A stretch of DNA of 64,000 nt from a virus (lineage: Duplodnaviria; Heunggongvirae; Uroviricota; Caudoviricetes): IMG/VR virus record IMGVR_UViG_2651869782_000025; one strand, 5' to 3'. Below, piece by piece: positions 32,779 to 45,804 of the stretch (its first letter is position 1; every line of letters begins with the position of its first letter). Below the pieces are notes generated by a model, which saw only the letters and a program-made list of their open reading frames with translations, was not told the DNA's origin and did not search any database. The position numbers and the translations under genes were made by a program.

Positions 32779-32795
32779 AAAATTATTAGTGCAAT
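32779..32795 (-). promoter_or_regulatory. C1 operator-like 17-mer in divergent promoter region
   Basis: Reverse complement ATTGCACTAATAATTTT, two mismatches. Confidence 0.4.
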
Positions 32796-32852
32796 TTTGA
32801 TTGTGAAATGTATCATTCTGCCCTTAAGTAGGTTCTTCACGAGGAAACAAAA

Positions 32853-33098
32853 TTGGCAGAACGTGTTGATGATGCAGAGCTGAGCATGAATCAATTAGAA
32901 GCTCTCAAAGACATGGCCATCGATAACATCAGAAAGCAGGCACAGGTCGTGAGCCAGGTATTTACAGGGAAGTGTCGTTACTGCAATGAACCGATTGAAT
33001 CAGGTATCTATTGTGACGCTGAGTGTGCGCAATGGCACAGGGAAGAGCAGGCAGCAAAACAGCGTAAATATGGCATGCGACCGGCAGGATTTGACTGA
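32853..33098 (+). CDS. Small C4 zinc-finger protein (TraR/DksA-like)
   Basis: 81 aa with CRYCNEPIESGIYCDAEC. Confidence 0.45.
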   Translation: MAERVDDAELSMNQLEALKDMAIDNIRKQAQVVSQVFTGKCRYCNEPIESGIYCDAECAQWHREEQAAKQRKYGMRPAGFD

Positions 33099-33100
33099 TT

Positions 33101-33679
33101 ATGTTGCGCTTTACTGAGGAAGAGTTTCAGGCTTTTAGTGAGCGTCGAAATAAGGGGCGGTCCAGGCCAAAAACCAAAAAGGATCCATTCTTATCGCTTG
33201 CGCCGGTAAAAGAAGTTTCTCCACATGCGAAGGCACTTGCAGCACTGGCAAAAAATCCTGATCTGCGAGTAGGAAATTGCGAGCACTACGAACAGGTTTT
33301 CATTTTTGATTACTTCGAGCGCAATTACCCTGAAATTTATGAGCTGTTGCATGCAACGCCTAACGGAGGGAAGCGTTCAAAAGCAACCGCCGGGAAAATG
33401 AAGGCTGAAGGGCAGAAAAAAGGTTATCCGGACATGAGTCTCGATAAAGCATGCGGTATTTATCACGGCATGCGAATTGAGCTTAAAGAACCAAATGGTA
33501 AAGCCCCGACGAAAGAGCAGATTGCCTGGATGCGCAGGCTTAGAGAGGAAGGTTACTACGTTGTTCTTGCGTATGGTGCAGAACAAGCGATTACCGCCAT
33601 CCTGGAATACATAAGCCTTAAAAAGGGTGAGGCTATTGAGCATGTATTGAACGGCGATAAGTGGTTGTATGCTGCTTAA
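33101..33679 (+). CDS. VRR-NUC domain nuclease-like protein
   Basis: 192 aa with GYPDMSL...IELKEPNGK, a PD-(D/E)xK-type VRR-NUC pattern. Confidence 0.5.
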   Translation: MLRFTEEEFQAFSERRNKGRSRPKTKKDPFLSLAPVKEVSPHAKALAALAKNPDLRVGNCEHYEQVFIFDYFERNYPEIYELLHATPNGGKRSKATAGKMKAEGQKKGYPDMSLDKACGIYHGMRIELKEPNGKAPTKEQIAWMRRLREEGYYVVLAYGAEQAITAILEYISLKKGEAIEHVLNGDKWLYAA

Positions 33680-33843
33680 AAATAATAAATTAATTAGTGC
33701 ATATCTGCTCTTTGTGGTAGTGCACCTTAACATCGGGAGAATAATCGTGTCATCCAAGGTTAATTATGAGTCGCTGGCATCGGTCATGCCGCGTAATGAA
33801 CAGGAAACAGAAGCTGTAGTGGACCCTGTAATCGCTGAAATGA

Positions 33844-34506
33844 ATGCTCGCCTGGAGGCTGAATTTGCAGCTGAGAATGAACATACCACCCAGGGCGACT
33901 AGGACTGTTTTTTGTGTCGGTAGCGGTCCTTCACTCACTCGTGAGGACTGTGCTGCTATAGAAAAAACTGGCTGTTCAATCATCGCGGTTAACAATTCCT
34001 GGCAGATGTTCGATGACATTTATGCCTTATACGCCGGTGATTTGTCATGGTGGAAGCAATACGGTTCCACCATACCGGGAGGGAGGTTCCGCAAAGTGAC
34101 AGCCAACCTGGCAGCGGCAAAATCATTTTCGTTGGAGTACAGGCGATATTGTGGACCGGCGGAAGGGGTAAATAGCGGCGCGCAGGCTATCAGTCTGGCG
34201 GCTGAATCAGGGGCTGAAGTAGTTGTATTAGTCGGCTATGACTGTTCTCTGCAAAACGGCCTTCATTGGCATGGGGCGCACCCTCAAGCACTACGGAATC
34301 CAACGCAGGTATCTATTTCAAAATGGCAACAGCAGTTCCTGGATACCCGCAAAAAACACGCAGATTTACATATTTTGAATGCAAGTAGGAGCAGTGCAAT
34401 TCAATGTTTCCCAAGAATAAATTTAGAGGCAGTGATCGCGTTATTATCGTCGGCAGTGGCCCAAGCGCCGCAAACTTTGTTGCGCCGCGCGGAGTGCCGA
34501 TTATAG
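33844..34506 (+). CDS. DUF115/MptE-like (GSGPS...IAVN) protein, paralog A
   Basis: VFCVGSGPSLT...CSIIAVNNSW; overlaps the next paralog by about 100 bp in another frame, so the true boundary is uncertain. Confidence 0.4.
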   Translation: MLAWRLNLQLRMNIPPRATRTVFCVGSGPSLTREDCAAIEKTGCSIIAVNNSWQMFDDIYALYAGDLSWWKQYGSTIPGGRFRKVTANLAAAKSFSLEYRRYCGPAEGVNSGAQAISLAAESGAEVVVLVGYDCSLQNGLHWHGAHPQALRNPTQVSISKWQQQFLDTRKKHADLHILNASRSSAIQCFPRINLEAVIALLSSAVAQAPQTLLRRAECRL

Positions 34507-35030
34507 CGGTCAATGGGGCCATCGACTGGCTTAACCGTGCTTCTTATTTTTTCACACTTGATCCATCGCCAGACAATATGCGGCGCGTTGGTCGTGGCCG
34601 CCGTCGCCGTGGTGTTTGTTATTGCATGGCACTACCCGATGTTAAAGAACGTGAAGTCAGAGATGGCGTTCTGTGCTTCCGTCGTGTGGCTGAACGCGGC
34701 ACGGAGCCAAAAAATACGAATTATCCCGAGTGGTGGGCATGGCGCTGGTCCGCACATTTCGGCCTTTGTGAAGATGAGAATGAAATTGCCAGCGGCAATA
34801 GTGCATATGGCGCTCTGAACCTGGCTTTCCATATCGGATTCAAACATGTCGCCCTGGTGGGCGTTGACGCTACACAAGAACCACGCGTTCACTCCGGCGG
34901 CACGCCAAAAAATCTAAGTCACCTGCCTTTGTTATTCCAGTCTGCGCGTGAACAGATTGACGTTGTTTCATGCGGGAAAATGGGAGGTATTCCGCAGATG
35001 ACTCTTAAAGAATGGCTGAAGAATACATGA
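34404..35030 (+). CDS. DUF115/MptE-like protein, paralog B
   Basis: [11 protein letters not shown]...[10 protein letters not shown]; same N-terminal motif pair as paralog A. Confidence 0.45.
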   Translation: MFPKNKFRGSDRVIIVGSGPSAANFVAPRGVPIIAVNGAIDWLNRASYFFTLDPSPDNMRRVGRGRRRRGVCYCMALPDVKEREVRDGVLCFRRVAERGTEPKNTNYPEWWAWRWSAHFGLCEDENEIASGNSAYGALNLAFHIGFKHVALVGVDATQEPRVHSGGTPKNLSHLPLLFQSAREQIDVVSCGKMGGIPQMTLKEWLKNT

Positions 35031-35704
35031 TGGCACCCACAATTTATCACCGTATCGACGGTACCAAATACAGGAATGTCTGGGTTGTTGGTGATCTGCA
35101 TGGTTGCTACACCAGACTGATGTCCGAACTCCATCGTGTGGATTTTGACCCGGCGCAGGATTTACTGATATCGGTCGGCGACCTTATCGATCGCGGTACT
35201 GAAAATGTCGAATGTCTGGAACTATTGCAGATGCCCTGGTTCAGGGCAGTAATGGGGAACCATGAGCGGTTGATGCTCGATGCGTTAAGTCCTGATGGCA
35301 ACGTGAATAACTGGTTAATGAATGGCGGACAATGGTTCTTCATGCTGGACACTGAGCAGGAAATATTAGCCAAGGCGCTGGTGGAGTTGGTAAAGCGTCT
35401 GCCATATATCATTGAGTTGAACACCGGGCAAGAAACTATCGTTATAGCCCATGCCGACTATCCGGATAATGAATATCAATTCGGTAAGGAGGTGCCGCTT
35501 TTCAACGTTGTCTGGGCGCGCGAGCGTATCAGTGATTCGATGGATGATATTGGTGGCGAAATTTCGGGAGCAGATCGTTTTATCTTTGGTCACACTCCGG
35601 TGAAAAGCCCGAAGACATTCTGGAATCAGCATTATATCGACACTGGTGCCGTATTTTGCGGAAACCTGACATTGATGAAAGTGAAAGGTGATGGTGCAGC
35701 ATGA
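35012..35704 (+). CDS. ppp: Ser/Thr protein phosphatase, lambda-phosphatase-like (P1 Ppp-like)
   Basis: Metallophosphatase motifs GDLHG, GDLIDRG, GNHE in canonical order. Confidence 0.8.
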   Translation: MAEEYMMAPTIYHRIDGTKYRNVWVVGDLHGCYTRLMSELHRVDFDPAQDLLISVGDLIDRGTENVECLELLQMPWFRAVMGNHERLMLDALSPDGNVNNWLMNGGQWFFMLDTEQEILAKALVELVKRLPYIIELNTGQETIVIAHADYPDNEYQFGKEVPLFNVVWARERISDSMDDIGGEISGADRFIFGHTPVKSPKTFWNQHYIDTGAVFCGNLTLMKVKGDGAA

Positions 35705-36402
35705 AGATTGCTTTAGTTCTTCGCTCTGGTGGCGACTATAACGCTTCCGATGTGCAGTGGCTGGTTAATCAACTGCCAAAAGGCTATGAAATTATTTGCC
35801 TGACAGACCTGAAGCGTTTACATGTACCTGGCGTCAAAGTTATCCCATTGATCAACCAGTGGCAAAAGTGCCGTGGCTGGTGGGCGAAAATCGAGTTGTT
35901 CCGACCGGATATAACCGATGATCTGTTCTATCTGGATTTGGACACGGTTATTGCCGGTGATATACGCCCAATCCTTGAGGATCCACCAACCAGCTTCACC
36001 ATGCTTAGGGATTTTTACCATCCACAATATCGTGGTAGCGGTGCCCTGTGGATACCAAATAGTGTAAAAGCGCATATCTGGAGTGCATTCTGGCAAGATC
36101 CGGAAGGTTGGATTGCTCGTTGTGTTACTACTGAATGCTGGGGTGATCAGGGGTTTTTGCGGAAGGTTATGGGTGATGATACACCAGCATTTCAGGATCT
36201 GTATCCGGGATGGTTTGTAAGTTACAAGGCCGATGTTGTGGAACCTGGTTCGAAATATGCGAGCGCGCGTTACTCCAGGGGGAATGGGGCATTACCAAAA
36301 GACTGCCTAATAATCTTTTTCCACGGCAAACCGCGACCTCGCGAAGTGTCAGAGGATTGGTTTCCCCTTATCAGCTCGTTTTTTGAGCGAGAATCAGAAT
36401 AA
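35701..36402 (+). CDS. Hypothetical protein, possible nucleotide-sugar transferase (DxD-like YLDLDTV)
   Basis: 233-aa ORF translationally coupled to ppp. Confidence 0.35.
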   Translation: MKIALVLRSGGDYNASDVQWLVNQLPKGYEIICLTDLKRLHVPGVKVIPLINQWQKCRGWWAKIELFRPDITDDLFYLDLDTVIAGDIRPILEDPPTSFTMLRDFYHPQYRGSGALWIPNSVKAHIWSAFWQDPEGWIARCVTTECWGDQGFLRKVMGDDTPAFQDLYPGWFVSYKADVVEPGSKYASARYSRGNGALPKDCLIIFFHGKPRPREVSEDWFPLISSFFERESE

Positions 36403-36403
36403 T

Positions 36404-36420
36404 ATTGCTCTAATAATTCC
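36404..36420 (+). promoter_or_regulatory. C1 operator-like 17-mer (left of an inverted pair)
   Basis: ATTGCTCTAATAATTCC. Confidence 0.5.
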
Positions 36421-36453
36421 ATATTTATAAAACGTGATGTACACTCATCGCGT

Positions 36454-36470
36454 TTTTTATTAGAGCAATA
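36454..36470 (-). promoter_or_regulatory. C1 operator-like 17-mer (right of the inverted pair)
   Basis: Reverse complement ATTGCTCTAATAAAAAA; the two sites bracket about 33 bp. Confidence 0.5.
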
Positions 36471-36703
36471 TACAAGGTGCACTATGTGGCCATTCCGACG
36501 GAAATATCACTACTGGCTGATCGCCTTTGTTACGCCTACCGGCAGTATCAGGCATGTCATCACCAGGTATCGCAACAAGAGACTCACCTTAGCCAGAATT
36601 TTACAGGCTGCCATAGGTGAGGGACTGGATACAAATTGCGTAGTCCTTCCTCCTTCATACTTAGGAAAAATGACCGAAGCACAAGCTAATACGGAACTTT
36701 GAA

Positions 36704-37966
36704 ATGAGCACTTCAGCACAAAACCAATCAATCGAAAATGTATCTATCCCTGATGTCCTGAATGCCGGTATTCCGGCCATTATCCAGAACATCCGGGCCG
36801 CGCAACGCCGCGTTAGTTGTGATGACCTCACAGCACGTTTTTTTGATAATGCGGTTCAGTCAGCGGAGATGCTTCACGCACAGCTTATTGATGTTTATAA
36901 CGCAGAAGCTGATAGCCATAACTCCCTGGTAGATGCAGCTGAAAATATGCAGTTGGATCTCGGTCTGAAGGGTAAAGAAATTGAAGAGCTTCAGCTGCAA
37001 ATTGAACATTTGAAACGCCAGCAACAGGATGCGATCGACGATGCGACGCATGACGCCAACCAGCGTGCTGATAATGCCGAACGTATAAGCATTGAGCTGG
37101 AAACAAAACTCAATGAAATGACCGCGATGGTTGAACTGCGGAACTCACAGATTTCAACGCTAAAATCTCAATATAAAGAGATCATGAAACTTGATCCTTT
37201 TAACCTTGAGAAACGCTATAACAAAGCTAAAAGCGAGCGACAGGAACTGCGTAAGCAGGTCGCCGACCTTAACCAACAGCTCAAAAAAACTATTAAAGAT
37301 GCAAGCGAAGCGCGCGTGGCATTTGCTAATAAAAAAGCAGAGGTTACCGCGCTGGTTAATGAGAATGCCAAATTTGCGACGCTCAAGAAGGAAATGTATG
37401 GCATTACTGAGCGCCGTTTCCCTGCAAGCAAACTTCATCCGACGTTAGGGCAAATCTCCTTCTTCCCGCGCCTCCTGGCTTATGGGATCTCATCGCCTAA
37501 AGAGTTCAATAACGAGCGTCCTTATATCGTTTCTAAGCTGGACTTTGCTTATCAGTTCTGCTGCGACATGGGCTATGCCATTGATATCCGGATCAACGAA
37601 TGGTTGATGCCAAACTTCCAGCCGTTGGCCATTTTCCGCGAGTTCCAGCCGGAAGGTTGGGTAGAGTTCTTCCATGAATTGATCTGTAAAGAGATGGAAA
37701 GCCGCCGCCCGGAACTGGTCCGTCGAGTTGAGTGGGCGCAAGAGGTTATGTTGGCAGAGGCAGAGCTGCCGTTCGAACCGGAATTTATTGATGATCTGGC
37801 AGCTAAAGGGCTGCATACCCTGTTTGATGTGGTTACCCGCCGTCATGAGCAGTTGGTTGTCGAATTGGGTTTAGAGGAAACTGCGGCAAGAAGACTTCTC
37901 GATGTTTGCTATGCACGTAGCGATGCATGGGAAAAAGAGAACGGCGGCACTATTTACGTTCGCTGA
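36704..37966 (+). CDS. Hypothetical coiled-coil protein with C-terminal globular domain
   Basis: 420 aa; heptad-rich central region (EELQLQIEHLKRQQQ...). Confidence 0.45.
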   Translation: MSTSAQNQSIENVSIPDVLNAGIPAIIQNIRAAQRRVSCDDLTARFFDNAVQSAEMLHAQLIDVYNAEADSHNSLVDAAENMQLDLGLKGKEIEELQLQIEHLKRQQQDAIDDATHDANQRADNAERISIELETKLNEMTAMVELRNSQISTLKSQYKEIMKLDPFNLEKRYNKAKSERQELRKQVADLNQQLKKTIKDASEARVAFANKKAEVTALVNENAKFATLKKEMYGITERRFPASKLHPTLGQISFFPRLLAYGISSPKEFNNERPYIVSKLDFAYQFCCDMGYAIDIRINEWLMPNFQPLAIFREFQPEGWVEFFHELICKEMESRRPELVRRVEWAQEVMLAEAELPFEPEFIDDLAAKGLHTLFDVVTRRHEQLVVELGLEETAARRLLDVCYARSDAWEKENGGTIYVR

Positions 37967-38038
37967 TAGTTACAGTGTCACTTTTAATGCTGGTGGAGTG
38001 CTCCCACCAGCATTTTTTTCGTCCAATGAGGAGGGCAT

Positions 38039-38545
38039 TTGAGTATTTTCAATAAACACGCACACCAGGAACGTCCGTACATCGTCATAGTAGATATTGA
38101 TGGGACGATATCAGAGGCAACGGAAGACAGGCTGCATTTACTTCCACCACCTGGCAAAGGTGCATTAACAGAGCACTGGAACGAGTTTAACCTTGCCTGT
38201 GACACTGATGCTCCCATCACTCCAGTTATTGATATGGTGCGCCAGTTGTCCGGCATTTACACCCTCTGGTTTGTAACCGGGCGCTGTGAGATAGCCAGGG
38301 ATAAAACACGAGCCTGGTTGCGTAAGCACGTAACAAATGGGGCTGAGCCTTTGCTATCTATGCGTCCTGCCACCGATGACAGAAATGACGGTCCAGCAAA
38401 GATTGATCTCCTGAAGAAAATTGGTATAAGTAAAATTGCGTTCGCGCTGGAAGATAAGATTGAAGTGGCGCGTGTTTTCAGGAGTCACGGCGTACTTACG
38501 TTAATGGTCAGGGAGTATGAAAATGCACTTCTTCATCAGCAATAA
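38039..38545 (+). CDS. HAD-superfamily phosphatase-like protein
   Basis: 168 aa with DIDGT (motif I), VTGR (motif II), a downstream K and ALEDK (motif III/IV-like). Confidence 0.5.
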   Translation: MSIFNKHAHQERPYIVIVDIDGTISEATEDRLHLLPPPGKGALTEHWNEFNLACDTDAPITPVIDMVRQLSGIYTLWFVTGRCEIARDKTRAWLRKHVTNGAEPLLSMRPATDDRNDGPAKIDLLKKIGISKIAFALEDKIEVARVFRSHGVLTLMVREYENALLHQQ

Positions 38546-38561
38546 TTGCTCTAATAAATCT
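38545..38561 (+). promoter_or_regulatory. C1 operator-like 17-mer
   Basis: ATTGCTCTAATAAATCT, one mismatch, at the stop of the HAD-like gene. Confidence 0.5.
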
Positions 38562-38811
38562 TGATCTTTAAAGCAGAGAAGATAAAAATAAAAACATGCC
38601 GCAAGGGGCGCGGCATGTATCCAATCAATCACAGGAGCTGAAGATATGAACACGGCATTCAAAATCATTATGGCCGCGATCTATTTCTGGCTGTTCTCTA
38701 TCACTTTTGGCAGCATTGTCGCGCATGGGTAAGGGGAGTATATTAGCCATTTGGAACCCCACGGTCTCTTGCGGGTTTAATTAAGAACCCGCAAGAAAAA
38801 CACGAATTGGG

Positions 38812-41800
38812 CTATATTTTTCCGCCTACGTCTTTAAACTTCTCAATAAACGAAACGATTTTCTGGAAAACTGCCTGTTTTTTCGTTTTATATTGCGGAT
38901 TTAACGGACTAAGTTTTGGTAATGTTTCGTTTAATTCTGTGCCATTTTCGGTGGCATATTTGCGTTTTAAAGATGTGCGAATATAGCGTTTTGCTGCATC
39001 TTCATTGAGATTTTCTTCTTTTATCAATGCTTCTGCTTCACGTTGCTGTTCGCGTTGAGCAAACGTAAAGAATGCGTCAATGATGCTGGCTTTGTCCGGT
39101 AAATCATCCAGGTTCGTTTGCTGAATAAAATCGACCACCAGGCCCTCTTTAGCACGGTTCCCTAGGCTTGAACGAATTAAGCGTTTGACCTCTTCGATCA
39201 TTTCGCCCTTGCCTTTATTTTGTCTATTGTGTTCGAAAATCAGTCCAAGGATATAATCCAGGTTTATTTCCTGAGACTTCAGCAAATCGACCTCAAAAAC
39301 TACGTCATCCCAGTCAGTGGTTGATTTCTCTTTTTTCTCAGCTTCTTTCTCACGGCGCTGCCAGTCGCGAATATCGTTATAGGCAGAACGATAATCCTGA
39401 ATCTTGCGATCAGCAGGGAGACGAATTGTTTGCAATTCAGCGAACTTTTCATCATCCACATAATGTTCTGCTTTGAATTTTTCTACCGCAACAGGATCGC
39501 TAAGATCGATTTGTTGCAGGGCTTTTAGCGTGGCAAATTCATCATAGTTTTGCAGGATGTTCTCGGCACGCAGGTATTCGCCAAACAGTTTAACGAAGTC
39601 TTTCTTCTCTTTTTCACTTTCAATACTGGCAGGGTCAGGGAACCGTTGTTCCAGTTCTGAAACTACTGTCATGAAGCCGCGTTTAGCTTCACCAGTGGCA
39701 GCATCAGTAAAGCCTTCCATATACTCTGCATAACTCTTTTCTAAAACCACATTTTTGGTATTTTTGTCACCAAACAGCGTTATGGCATCAATGGTTGAGC
39801 GTTCCAGATCCCGGAACGTGACAATATTACCGAAGGTTTTAGTCGCGTCATAAATGCGGTTGGTGCGGGAGAATGCCTGCATCAGGCCGTGAAAACGCAA
39901 GTTTTTATCGACGAATAGCGTGTTTAATGTTGGAGCATCGAAGCCGGTTAAAAACATCCCCACGACAATTAGCAGATCGATATCCTGATTTTTAACCCGC
40001 TGGGCTAAATCACGATAGTAGTTCTGAAAACCGTTACTGTCGGTGCTAAAGTTAGTTTTAAAATGGCTGTTATATTCACGAATTGCAGCGTCCAGAAACT
40101 CTTTAGCACTGCTGTCCATTGCGCTGGTATCAAAAGTTTCATCGGAAATTTCACCAATGGCATTTTGTTCTTCATTGGCGGCAAAGGAGAAGATTGTCGC
40201 AATACGCAGCGGTTTATAGGTAGCCGATTTATTAGCGGCTTCTTCTTGTAACCGTTTAAACGTCGCATAATAGGCTTTCGCGGCATCCACGCTGCTCACT
40301 GCCAACATAGCATTAAAACCTTTTGAGCCAGGGAAGGTACGGTGGGTTTTCTGGCGGAAATTATTCAGAATATATTGCGTGATTTCCTGAATACGCATGG
40401 GATGAAGAAACGCCTGCTGATTTTCAGCCGCACTCAGTTTTTTCTCGTCAGTTTCTGTCTCTAAAGACTTAAACTGTGGCCGCACATCGTTGTAGTCCAC
40501 CTTGAATTTGAGCACTTTTTCGTCACGAATCGCATCGGTAATTACATACGAATGCAATTCATGACCAAATACGCTGGCGGTTGTTTCTGAGCCTAAGGCG
40601 TTTTCCGGGAAAATAGGGGTGCCGGTAAAACCAAACTGATAATAGCGTTTGAATTTCTTCTTCAGGTTTTTCTGCGCTTCTCCAAACTGGCTGCGGTGGC
40701 ATTCATCAAATATAAACACCACTTGCTGATTATATACAGGCAGATCGCTTTCTGCTTTCATCAGGTTATTGAGTTTCTGAATAGTAGTGACGATAATTTT
40801 GTTATCGTCCTTATCCAGATTTCGTTTAAGGCCTGCGGTATTTTCCGAGCCGTTGACGCTGTCTGGCGAAAAACGCTGATATTCCTTCATGGTCTGGTAA
40901 TCGAGGTCTTTCCTGTCGACCACAAAGAAGACTTTATCAATAAAGTCCAGCTCTGTTGCCAGACGCGCGGCTTTAAAGCTGGTGAGGGTTTTACCAGAAC
41001 CGGTAGTGTGCCAGATATACCCACCGCTTTCCGGTTTTGACCAGTTCTTCGCTGTAAAGGAACTCTTAATTTTCCACAGAATGCGCTCGGTGGCGGCAAT
41101 CTGGTACGGTCGCATTACCAGTAGTGTCTGACTGCTGTCAAAAACGCTGTAGTTCACCAGAACATTAAGCAGAGTATGTTTCTGGAAAAAGGTAGCGGTA
41201 AAGTCTTTGAGGTCTTTAATCAGTGTATTGTCTGATTTAGCCCAGTTCATGGTGAAGTCAAAACTGTTTTTATCGCGCTTTGTGGTGTTGGCAAAATAAC
41301 GGGTATCAGTGCCGTTGGAAATGACGAACAGCTGCAGATACTTAAACAGGGAATTTTCGCTGTTAAAACTCTCTTTACTGTAACGATGTATCTGGTTGAA
41401 AGCCTCACGAATCGCCACCCCGCGTTTTTTTAGTTCGATTTGCACCAGCGGTAAACCATTAACCAGGATCGTGACGTCATAACGGTTAGCATGAGAACCC
41501 GTCTGTTCAAACTGCTGGATAATCTGCACCTTATTGCGCATGAGATTCTTTTTATCTATCAAATAGATGTTCTCAAGTCGCCCGTCGTCAAAAATAAAGT
41601 CGCAGATATAGTCGATATGGATTTTACGGGTTTTATCCAGAATACCATCGCTGGGGTTGTCCAGATACTGCTCCGTGAAGCGCCGCCACTCGCTGTCATT
41701 AAACATCACACCATTGAGGCTCTGAAGCTGTTCCCGAACATTGGACAGCATTGCCGACTGTGATTTTACGGAAATAAATTCATAACCCTGATTCCGCAGG

Positions 41801-41928
41801 TCCTGAATCAGTTCACGTTCCAGGTCCGATTCGCTCTGGTAGCTGTCGCTTGTTTGCTCAGCTTTGATGTACTTATCAAGGACGATAAAGTTATTGGATT
41901 CAGCAATGGTGTGTGTTTGATGAGTCAT
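38812..41928 (-). CDS. hsdR: Type I restriction endonuclease subunit HsdR (family IC, EcoR124-like)
   Basis: 1038 aa (same length as EcoR124I HsdR as I recall); SF2 helicase motifs (TGSGKT, DECH) and N-terminal PD-(D/E)xK region. Confidence 0.9.
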   Translation of the reverse strand: MTHQTHTIAESNNFIVLDKYIKAEQTSDSYQSESDLERELIQDLRNQGYEFISVKSQSAMLSNVREQLQSLNGVMFNDSEWRRFTEQYLDNPSDGILDKTRKIHIDYICDFIFDDGRLENIYLIDKKNLMRNKVQIIQQFEQTGSHANRYDVTILVNGLPLVQIELKKRGVAIREAFNQIHRYSKESFNSENSLFKYLQLFVISNGTDTRYFANTTKRDKNSFDFTMNWAKSDNTLIKDLKDFTATFFQKHTLLNVLVNYSVFDSSQTLLVMRPYQIAATERILWKIKSSFTAKNWSKPESGGYIWHTTGSGKTLTSFKAARLATELDFIDKVFFVVDRKDLDYQTMKEYQRFSPDSVNGSENTAGLKRNLDKDDNKIIVTTIQKLNNLMKAESDLPVYNQQVVFIFDECHRSQFGEAQKNLKKKFKRYYQFGFTGTPIFPENALGSETTASVFGHELHSYVITDAIRDEKVLKFKVDYNDVRPQFKSLETETDEKKLSAAENQQAFLHPMRIQEITQYILNNFRQKTHRTFPGSKGFNAMLAVSSVDAAKAYYATFKRLQEEAANKSATYKPLRIATIFSFAANEEQNAIGEISDETFDTSAMDSSAKEFLDAAIREYNSHFKTNFSTDSNGFQNYYRDLAQRVKNQDIDLLIVVGMFLTGFDAPTLNTLFVDKNLRFHGLMQAFSRTNRIYDATKTFGNIVTFRDLERSTIDAITLFGDKNTKNVVLEKSYAEYMEGFTDAATGEAKRGFMTVVSELEQRFPDPASIESEKEKKDFVKLFGEYLRAENILQNYDEFATLKALQQIDLSDPVAVEKFKAEHYVDDEKFAELQTIRLPADRKIQDYRSAYNDIRDWQRREKEAEKKEKSTTDWDDVVFEVDLLKSQEINLDYILGLIFEHNRQNKGKGEMIEEVKRLIRSSLGNRAKEGLVVDFIQQTNLDDLPDKASIIDAFFTFAQREQQREAEALIKEENLNEDAAKRYIRTSLKRKYATENGTELNETLPKLSPLNPQYKTKKQAVFQKIVSFIEKFKDVGGKI

Positions 41929-42050
41929 AGCGCATCCTTTGTGCCGCCTGGCAAGAGCCGGAAGGGCGTTAAGAGTGACTTCCGGCGCGTAAAAAAATAG
42001 TCTATATACTGACCGGGTGTTAAGGTGGCCCGATCGGTAGCAATGGTCAA

Positions 42051-43252
<1,202 letters not shown>

Positions 43253-43256
<4 letters not shown>

Positions 43257-44815
43257 CCCTGCACCTCGTCACCTTCAATCTCTGCCACAATTGAGTCGAT
43301 ATCTTTACGCAACTGGTCGATTTTGCTGACCGTAGTTTTCAGTTCTGCATTCAGCTCAGCAATATCGATAATTTCGCGGTTATCTTTCGATTCTACATAG
43401 CTGCTCACCGACAGGTTATAGTCATTCGCTACAACGGCTTCAAACGCGACAGATTTTGCCAGATGAGCAACATCTTCCTTGCTGGTGAATACCTGCATAA
43501 TTTGTTCGATATGGGCATCGGTCAGGATATTGTTGTTGGTCTCTTTTTTGAACAGTTCGCTGGCATCAATAAACTGAACGTTGGTATCCGTTTTATGTTT
43601 GGACAGAACCAGAATGTTTACGGCAATGGTGGTGCCAAAGAACAGGTTCGGAGCCAGTGAAATTACGGTTTCGACATAGTTATTATCGACCAGATACTGA
43701 CGGATTTTCTGCTCTGCGCCGCCACGGTAAAAAATACCCGGGAAGCAGACAATCGCAGCACGACCTTTGGCCGAAAGATAGTTCAGCGCATGTAATACAA
43801 ACGCAAAGTCAGCTTTGGATTTGGGGGCCAGAACGCCAGCCGGGGCAAAACGCTCATCGTTAATCAGCGTCGGGTCATCGCTGCCAATCCATTTCACCGA
43901 ATACGGCGGGTTAGAAACGATGGCATCAAACGGTTTTTCATCTCTGAAGTGCGGTTCAGTCAGCGTATTGCCCAGCTTGATATCAAACTTGTCGTAGTTG
44001 ATGTTGTGCAAAAACATGTTCATACGCGCCAGGTTATAGGTCGTATGGTTGATTTCCTGACCGAAAAAGCCTTCTTCGATGATATGGTTATCAAACTGTT
44101 TTTTCGCCTGCAACAACAGTGAGCCGGAACCCGCTGCCGGGTCGTAGATTTTGTTAACGTGGGTCTGCCCGTGCATAGCCAGTTGTGCAATCAGCTTGGA
44201 GACGTGCTGCGGTGTAAAGAACTCACCGCCTGACTTACCGGCATTTGCCGCATAGTTAGAAATCAGGAACTCATAGGCATCACCGAACAGGTCAATCTGA
44301 TGTTCGTTGAAGTCACCAAGTTTTAACCCTTCAACCCCTTTCAGAACCGCAGCCAGGCGGGCATTTTTATCTTTAACGGTGTTACCCAGGCGGTTACTGG
44401 TGGTATCGAAATCAGCAAACAAACCTTTGATGTCAGCTTCTGAAGGATAACCGTAAGCAGAACTTTCGATAGAAACGAAGATGCTGTTTAAATCTGCATT
44501 CAGTCTGTCATTAGTATTTGCTTTCGCAGCTACGTTGCAGAAAAGCTGACTGGGGTAGATGAAGTAGCCTTTAGTTTTGATGGCATCGTCTTTAATGTCA
44601 TCAGTAATTACGCTGTCATCCAGTTTCGCATAACAGATACTGTCATCACCGGCTTCAATATAACTGGAAAAATTTTCGCTGATAAAACGGTAGAAAAGTG
44701 CGCCCAGAACGTATTGCTTAAAATCCCATCCATCGACCGAACCCCTGACATCGTTAGCAATTTGCCAGATTTGACGATGAAGCTCTGCACGTTGTTGAGT
44801 ACTTGTCATTTTCAT
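43253..44815 (-). CDS. hsdM: Type I R-M N6-adenine DNA methyltransferase HsdM
   Basis: 520 aa; NPPY catalytic motif ([10 protein letters not shown]) and AdoMet-binding motif; overlaps the hsdS start by 4 bp. Confidence 0.9.
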
Positions 44816-44991
44816 CCACTTATTTCAGGCTTATGTAATTGGCGGTGATTCTACAGCAACTTGGATGCTTTAGCAGTTCGGACATTAGGCTACGAATGAC
44901 CTGCCTAGAGGTTTGTTAAGCCGCAAAGTGCTGGTGCTTTATGCCTGTGAAGTTTATAATCGTGTACACATAACGAGTACACGAGGTGTTT

Positions 44992-45213
44992 ATGCAATCC
45001 ATTAACTTCCGTACCGCGCGCGGCAACCTTTCTGAAGTGCTCAACAATGTTGAAGCCGGGGAAGAGGTTGAAATCACCCGCAGAGGCCGTGAGCCAGCAG
45101 TAATTGTCAGCAAGGCTACTTTCGAAGCCTACAAAAAAGCGGCGCTGGATGCTGAATTTGCATCCCTGTTTGACACCCTGGACTCCACCAACAAGGAACT
45201 GGTTAACCGATAA
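44992..45213 (+). CDS. phd: Phd antitoxin
   Basis: My translation [49 protein letters not shown]... matches P1 Phd as I recall it; palindromic GTGTACAC/GTACAC operator repeats lie upstream. Confidence 0.9.
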
Positions 45214-45593
45214 TGAGGCATATATCACCGGAAGAACTTATTGCGCTTCATGATGCGAATATAAGCCGCTACGGCGGCCTGCCGGGAATGTCAGATCCGG
45301 GTAGGGCAGAGGCCATTATCGGGAGAGTTCAGGCCAGAGTTGCCTACGAAGAGATCACCGACCTTTTCGAAGTCTCCGCCACCTACCTGGTGGCTACAGC
45401 GAGAGGGCATATATTCAATGATGCCAATAAGCGTACCGCGCTAAACAGTGCGCTGTTATTTCTACGCCGTAACGGGGTGCAGGTATTTGATTCACCTGAA
45501 CTGGCAGACCTTACTGTAGGCGCTGCGACTGGCGAGATATCTGTATCTTCTGTCGCCGACACGTTACGTAGATTGTATGGTTCTGCGGAGTAG
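45213..45593 (+). CDS. doc: Doc toxin (Fic-fold kinase)
   Basis: 126 aa, overlapping the phd stop; Fic-like motif [11 protein letters not shown]. Confidence 0.9.
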
Positions 45594-45597
45594 ATTA

Positions 45598-45777
45598 ATG
45601 GCACGCAAATACAACAAATTGTCCCGTGAAGCGTTAAAGATGCTTCTTGATGGCGTGAGTCGCCGCAAGGTAAAGCAATACCTGGTTGGTAAGCAAATTG
45701 GTGCCAGGACCGCTATTGCTGTGTTATGCCGTCAGGAAATGGTTGTGCTTAAACAGAGAATGCCGGGCAGCAGATAA
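45598..45777 (+). CDS. Small protein downstream of doc (PdcA-like)
   Basis: Internal Met of ORF 45577-45777. Confidence 0.35.
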   Translation: MARKYNKLSREALKMLLDGVSRRKVKQYLVGKQIGARTAIAVLCRQEMVVLKQRMPGSR

Positions 45778-45804
45778 AGCCCAATCAGTGATGAAAGGTG
45801 TGAT

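Noticed and set aside
33692-33708. Weak operator-like sequence (reverse complement ATGCACTAATTAATTTA)
   Set aside because: Too many mismatches to the C1 consensus to call without a scoring matrix.
40005-41099. Small ORFs on both strands inside hsdR
   Set aside because: Nested within the 1038-aa HsdR frame.
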